From positions 496,001 to 560,000 of the forward strand of contig OY253668.1 in assembly GCA_958009085.1 (NCBI GenBank): a stretch of 64,000 nucleotides of DNA. The letters are read 5' to 3'. Source of the DNA: Protoeuglena noctilucae. Lineage: Eukaryota. The position numbers and the translations under genes were made by a program. Below, one piece after another: positions 62,064-64,000 of this stretch (the stretch's first letter is position 1; each line of letters begins with the position of its first letter). A model generated the notes under the pieces. It was not told the origin of the DNA, made no database searches, and saw only the letters and a program-made list of their open reading frames with translations.

Positions 62064-62148
62064 ATGGCTGCTGCTTTGAACGGCACTGACCGCCTGTAAT
62101 CGAGCAACACCTCGCTTTCATCAAATGCGCAGCTTTCAGTTCTGTTGC

Positions 62149-62181
62149 TATGCAGCCCACTATGCAGCCCACTACGCAGCC
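62149..62181 (+). repeat. 12-nt tandem repeat (tatgcagcccac, about 2.7 copies) between convergent genes
   Basis: tatgcagcccac tatgcagcccac tacgcagcc read directly. Confidence 0.7.
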
Positions 62182-62190
62182 AGCGAGAGT

Positions 62191-63195
62191 TCAGACCGCC
62201 TTGCCCAGCAAGGTCTCGAGTGCCCACTTCTCCATGAGCTCGAGCCTGGCGAGCCTGTCATCGATCTCCTCGTCAGTCAGGACTCGGATGCCAGCTCGGA
62301 GGTCGTGCCCCGTCAACTCCAGTAGCCCCTCGGGTGAGTTCAACCCCCATTCGCCCCGCCCGTCATCGTGCCTGTCCACGCCATACCTCAGCCCTTCCCA
62401 CGCCTCCTGCACGGTCTCGGGCCGGGTGGCGTCCACCTCCAGCCCATGCCTCTCCAGCCAAGCCACCAGCTTGCTCCGCAGCACCTCCACCTGCACGGGC
62501 TGTCACAGCGTAGCACCGTGTTATGCCCCGCTGAGACCATCGACGGCGTCAGCTGCAGCCCCCCGGATAAATCGCGACGGTCGCGCTCCACTGCGCCCAC
62601 CCTGCCCGCTGCCGCTCGCCGGGTCCCGCCCCTTCTGCTGGAAGAGCGGCAGATACATGCACGACTCGACATTCAGAGCGTGCAGGAGCAGCGTGCTTAC
62701 GATGAAGACGTAGACGGCGACCTCCAGGGACGGGCACCCGAGAAAATCGAAGGCACCTTCCGTCTGCGAGATTACGAGCGACTCGACTCGTATGCATGGC
62801 AACGGCATGCAGGGCAGGACGGGGCGAGACGATAGGCTGCTCAGACTGCCAACCAGTGCCTCCGCTCACCGGCGCTTGGAAGCCCGGCTCGCCACTGCCC
62901 TTGGCCCCGTCCAGCGCCATCACGCTCAGCGCCTGGATCCATTGCGGGCACGCGACCCACATTTTGGAGCCATTGACGCGCTCCACCATGTAGACCCCGG
63001 GACTGGGCGGCGTGTCGCGAACCGTAATGAGCTTCCCCTCGATCCTGTACTGCGACATTGAGGCCGAAGACGAGGGCGGCCTTTAGAAGCGACACGTCTA
63101 CCTCCCGCGCCAGCAAAGGCTGTCCACTCACCCCGCAATGTTGAAGTGGGGAGGCGCCCCTCCGGACATGTCCAGCACGTCCCGGGACCCAACAC
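62191..63195 (-). CDS. Hypothetical protein, multi-exon, 5' end not resolved
   Basis: Exon-like frames with coding-like codon usage and GT-AG boundaries: IEGKLITVRDTPPSPGVYMVERVNG.., PCIRVESLVISQTEGAFDFLGCPSLEVAVYVFIV.. and VEVLRSKLVAWLERHG..LLGKAV-TGA. No family recognised. Confidence 0.45.
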
Positions 63196-64000
63196 CTGCG
63201 GAAGTGAAAGCATACGAACCGCTTCTGCAAGCTTAGAGCATGACTATCGCACATCAGCGGCCCGGCGCCTGTAGCCGGGGGGGTGCTCCATCGGGGGTTG
63301 GTCAGGGCGCATGCCAGCGAAAGCGTCGTCGATGGCTACCAGCGAGACGCCCTCATGGTCAGTGTGCGTCCTATAGCCAACGATGCGCCCCAAACCCCCG
63401 CGCCTCGCCTGTAGAGCTGGGTCAGCACTCAGCGGCCAATCGTGAGATGACGGCTCCGATGTATCGCGTCCTCCAAAGTGGACGTGGACTGGAAAATCCT
63501 CAACCTCATGTCAAGAGATTGGCGTGATGGAGCGGAAACGGCGCGACTGGCACGGCTGGCTCCTGCGTGATGGTTTCGCCTTCCCATGATCTTTTGAGAC
63601 TCTCTGACTCCCACCGGCCAGGTCCACATTCGCCAGGCAGACAATAGCGCTCCACGGCCTTCGTTGGACGCACGTGACAACATCTCAGCGTCTCAGCGCG
63701 CCCTGCGAGAGCGAAGAGCGCAGCGCGTGAAGAGATAACAACATATTCATCTTATACACTGTAGGAGGACGCTGTTCAATTGTTTAGGTGTTTCTCCGTC
63801 AGGCCCTGCGGGCATGCGGTGACCGCAGCCATGTGGGCCAGCCTCAGCCCGGGTGAGGCGCGGCTCCGCGACCTCCATGTGCCGAAATCGCGAGTGTGGT
63901 CCTTGTTCTTGCGCTGTGTAACTCGCGGACGCTAGAAGCGAGCGTACGCGGCTGTATTAGGCATATCCCTAGCCTGGCCCTGCGAGTGCTCCTGACCGGA

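Noticed and set aside
1..64000. Hundreds of long overlapping ORFs on all six frames
   Set aside because: These are expected from very high GC (few stops). They are Arg/Pro/Ala-rich shadows of the real spliced genes, with no recognisable motifs.
1..64000. CRISPR arrays, rRNA/tRNA genes (including a suppressor tRNA-CUA), transposase/RT ORFs, viral inserts
   Set aside because: I recognised no regularly spaced repeats, RNA-gene signatures or mobile-element motifs by eye. A tRNAscan/Infernal run would be needed to exclude small RNAs.

Overview
This is eukaryotic nuclear DNA: very GC-rich, gene-dense and intron-rich, with most introns about 70-150 nt. It is most likely from a flagellated green alga, because it carries plastid-type genes (EXECUTER, BOLA4, HISN2) together with axonemal genes (RSPH10B-like MORN protein, a PGYTGHVP-motif protein). 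I reconstructed about 22 spliced genes by hand: XRCC3 (3' part), TrmO/TsaA, a GNAT, EXECUTER, a stand-alone L-arabinokinase-like GHMP kinase, a Raf-like kinase, a small PNRC/Edc1-motif protein, BOLA4, a WD40/coiled-coil protein, DUF2009, a ciliary MIP-like protein, HISN2, the XEG113 arabinosyltransferase, ASPM, a START/polyketide-cyclase protein, PP2C, a PLOD-like GT, a SAM protein, VARICOSE/EDC4, a GT2-like protein, an RSPH10B-like protein and an unknown protein. Most ORFs in the supplied track are GC-driven shadow ORFs or exon/intron read-throughs. Two features stand out. (1) Three in-frame TAG codons lie inside otherwise intact conserved exons: one at a conserved Trp in DUF2009 and two in XEG113, one of them at a conserved Gln. 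All three are in the context TAG-A, while TAG also terminates other genes. This could be context-dependent readthrough/recoding, RNA editing, recent pseudogenisation or consensus error. (2) GC-AG introns are unusually frequent, about 17 of roughly 110 in my models. I found no tRNA, rRNA, CRISPR array or transposon. Family assignments come from motif recognition, not database searches, and exon boundaries are manual predictions.
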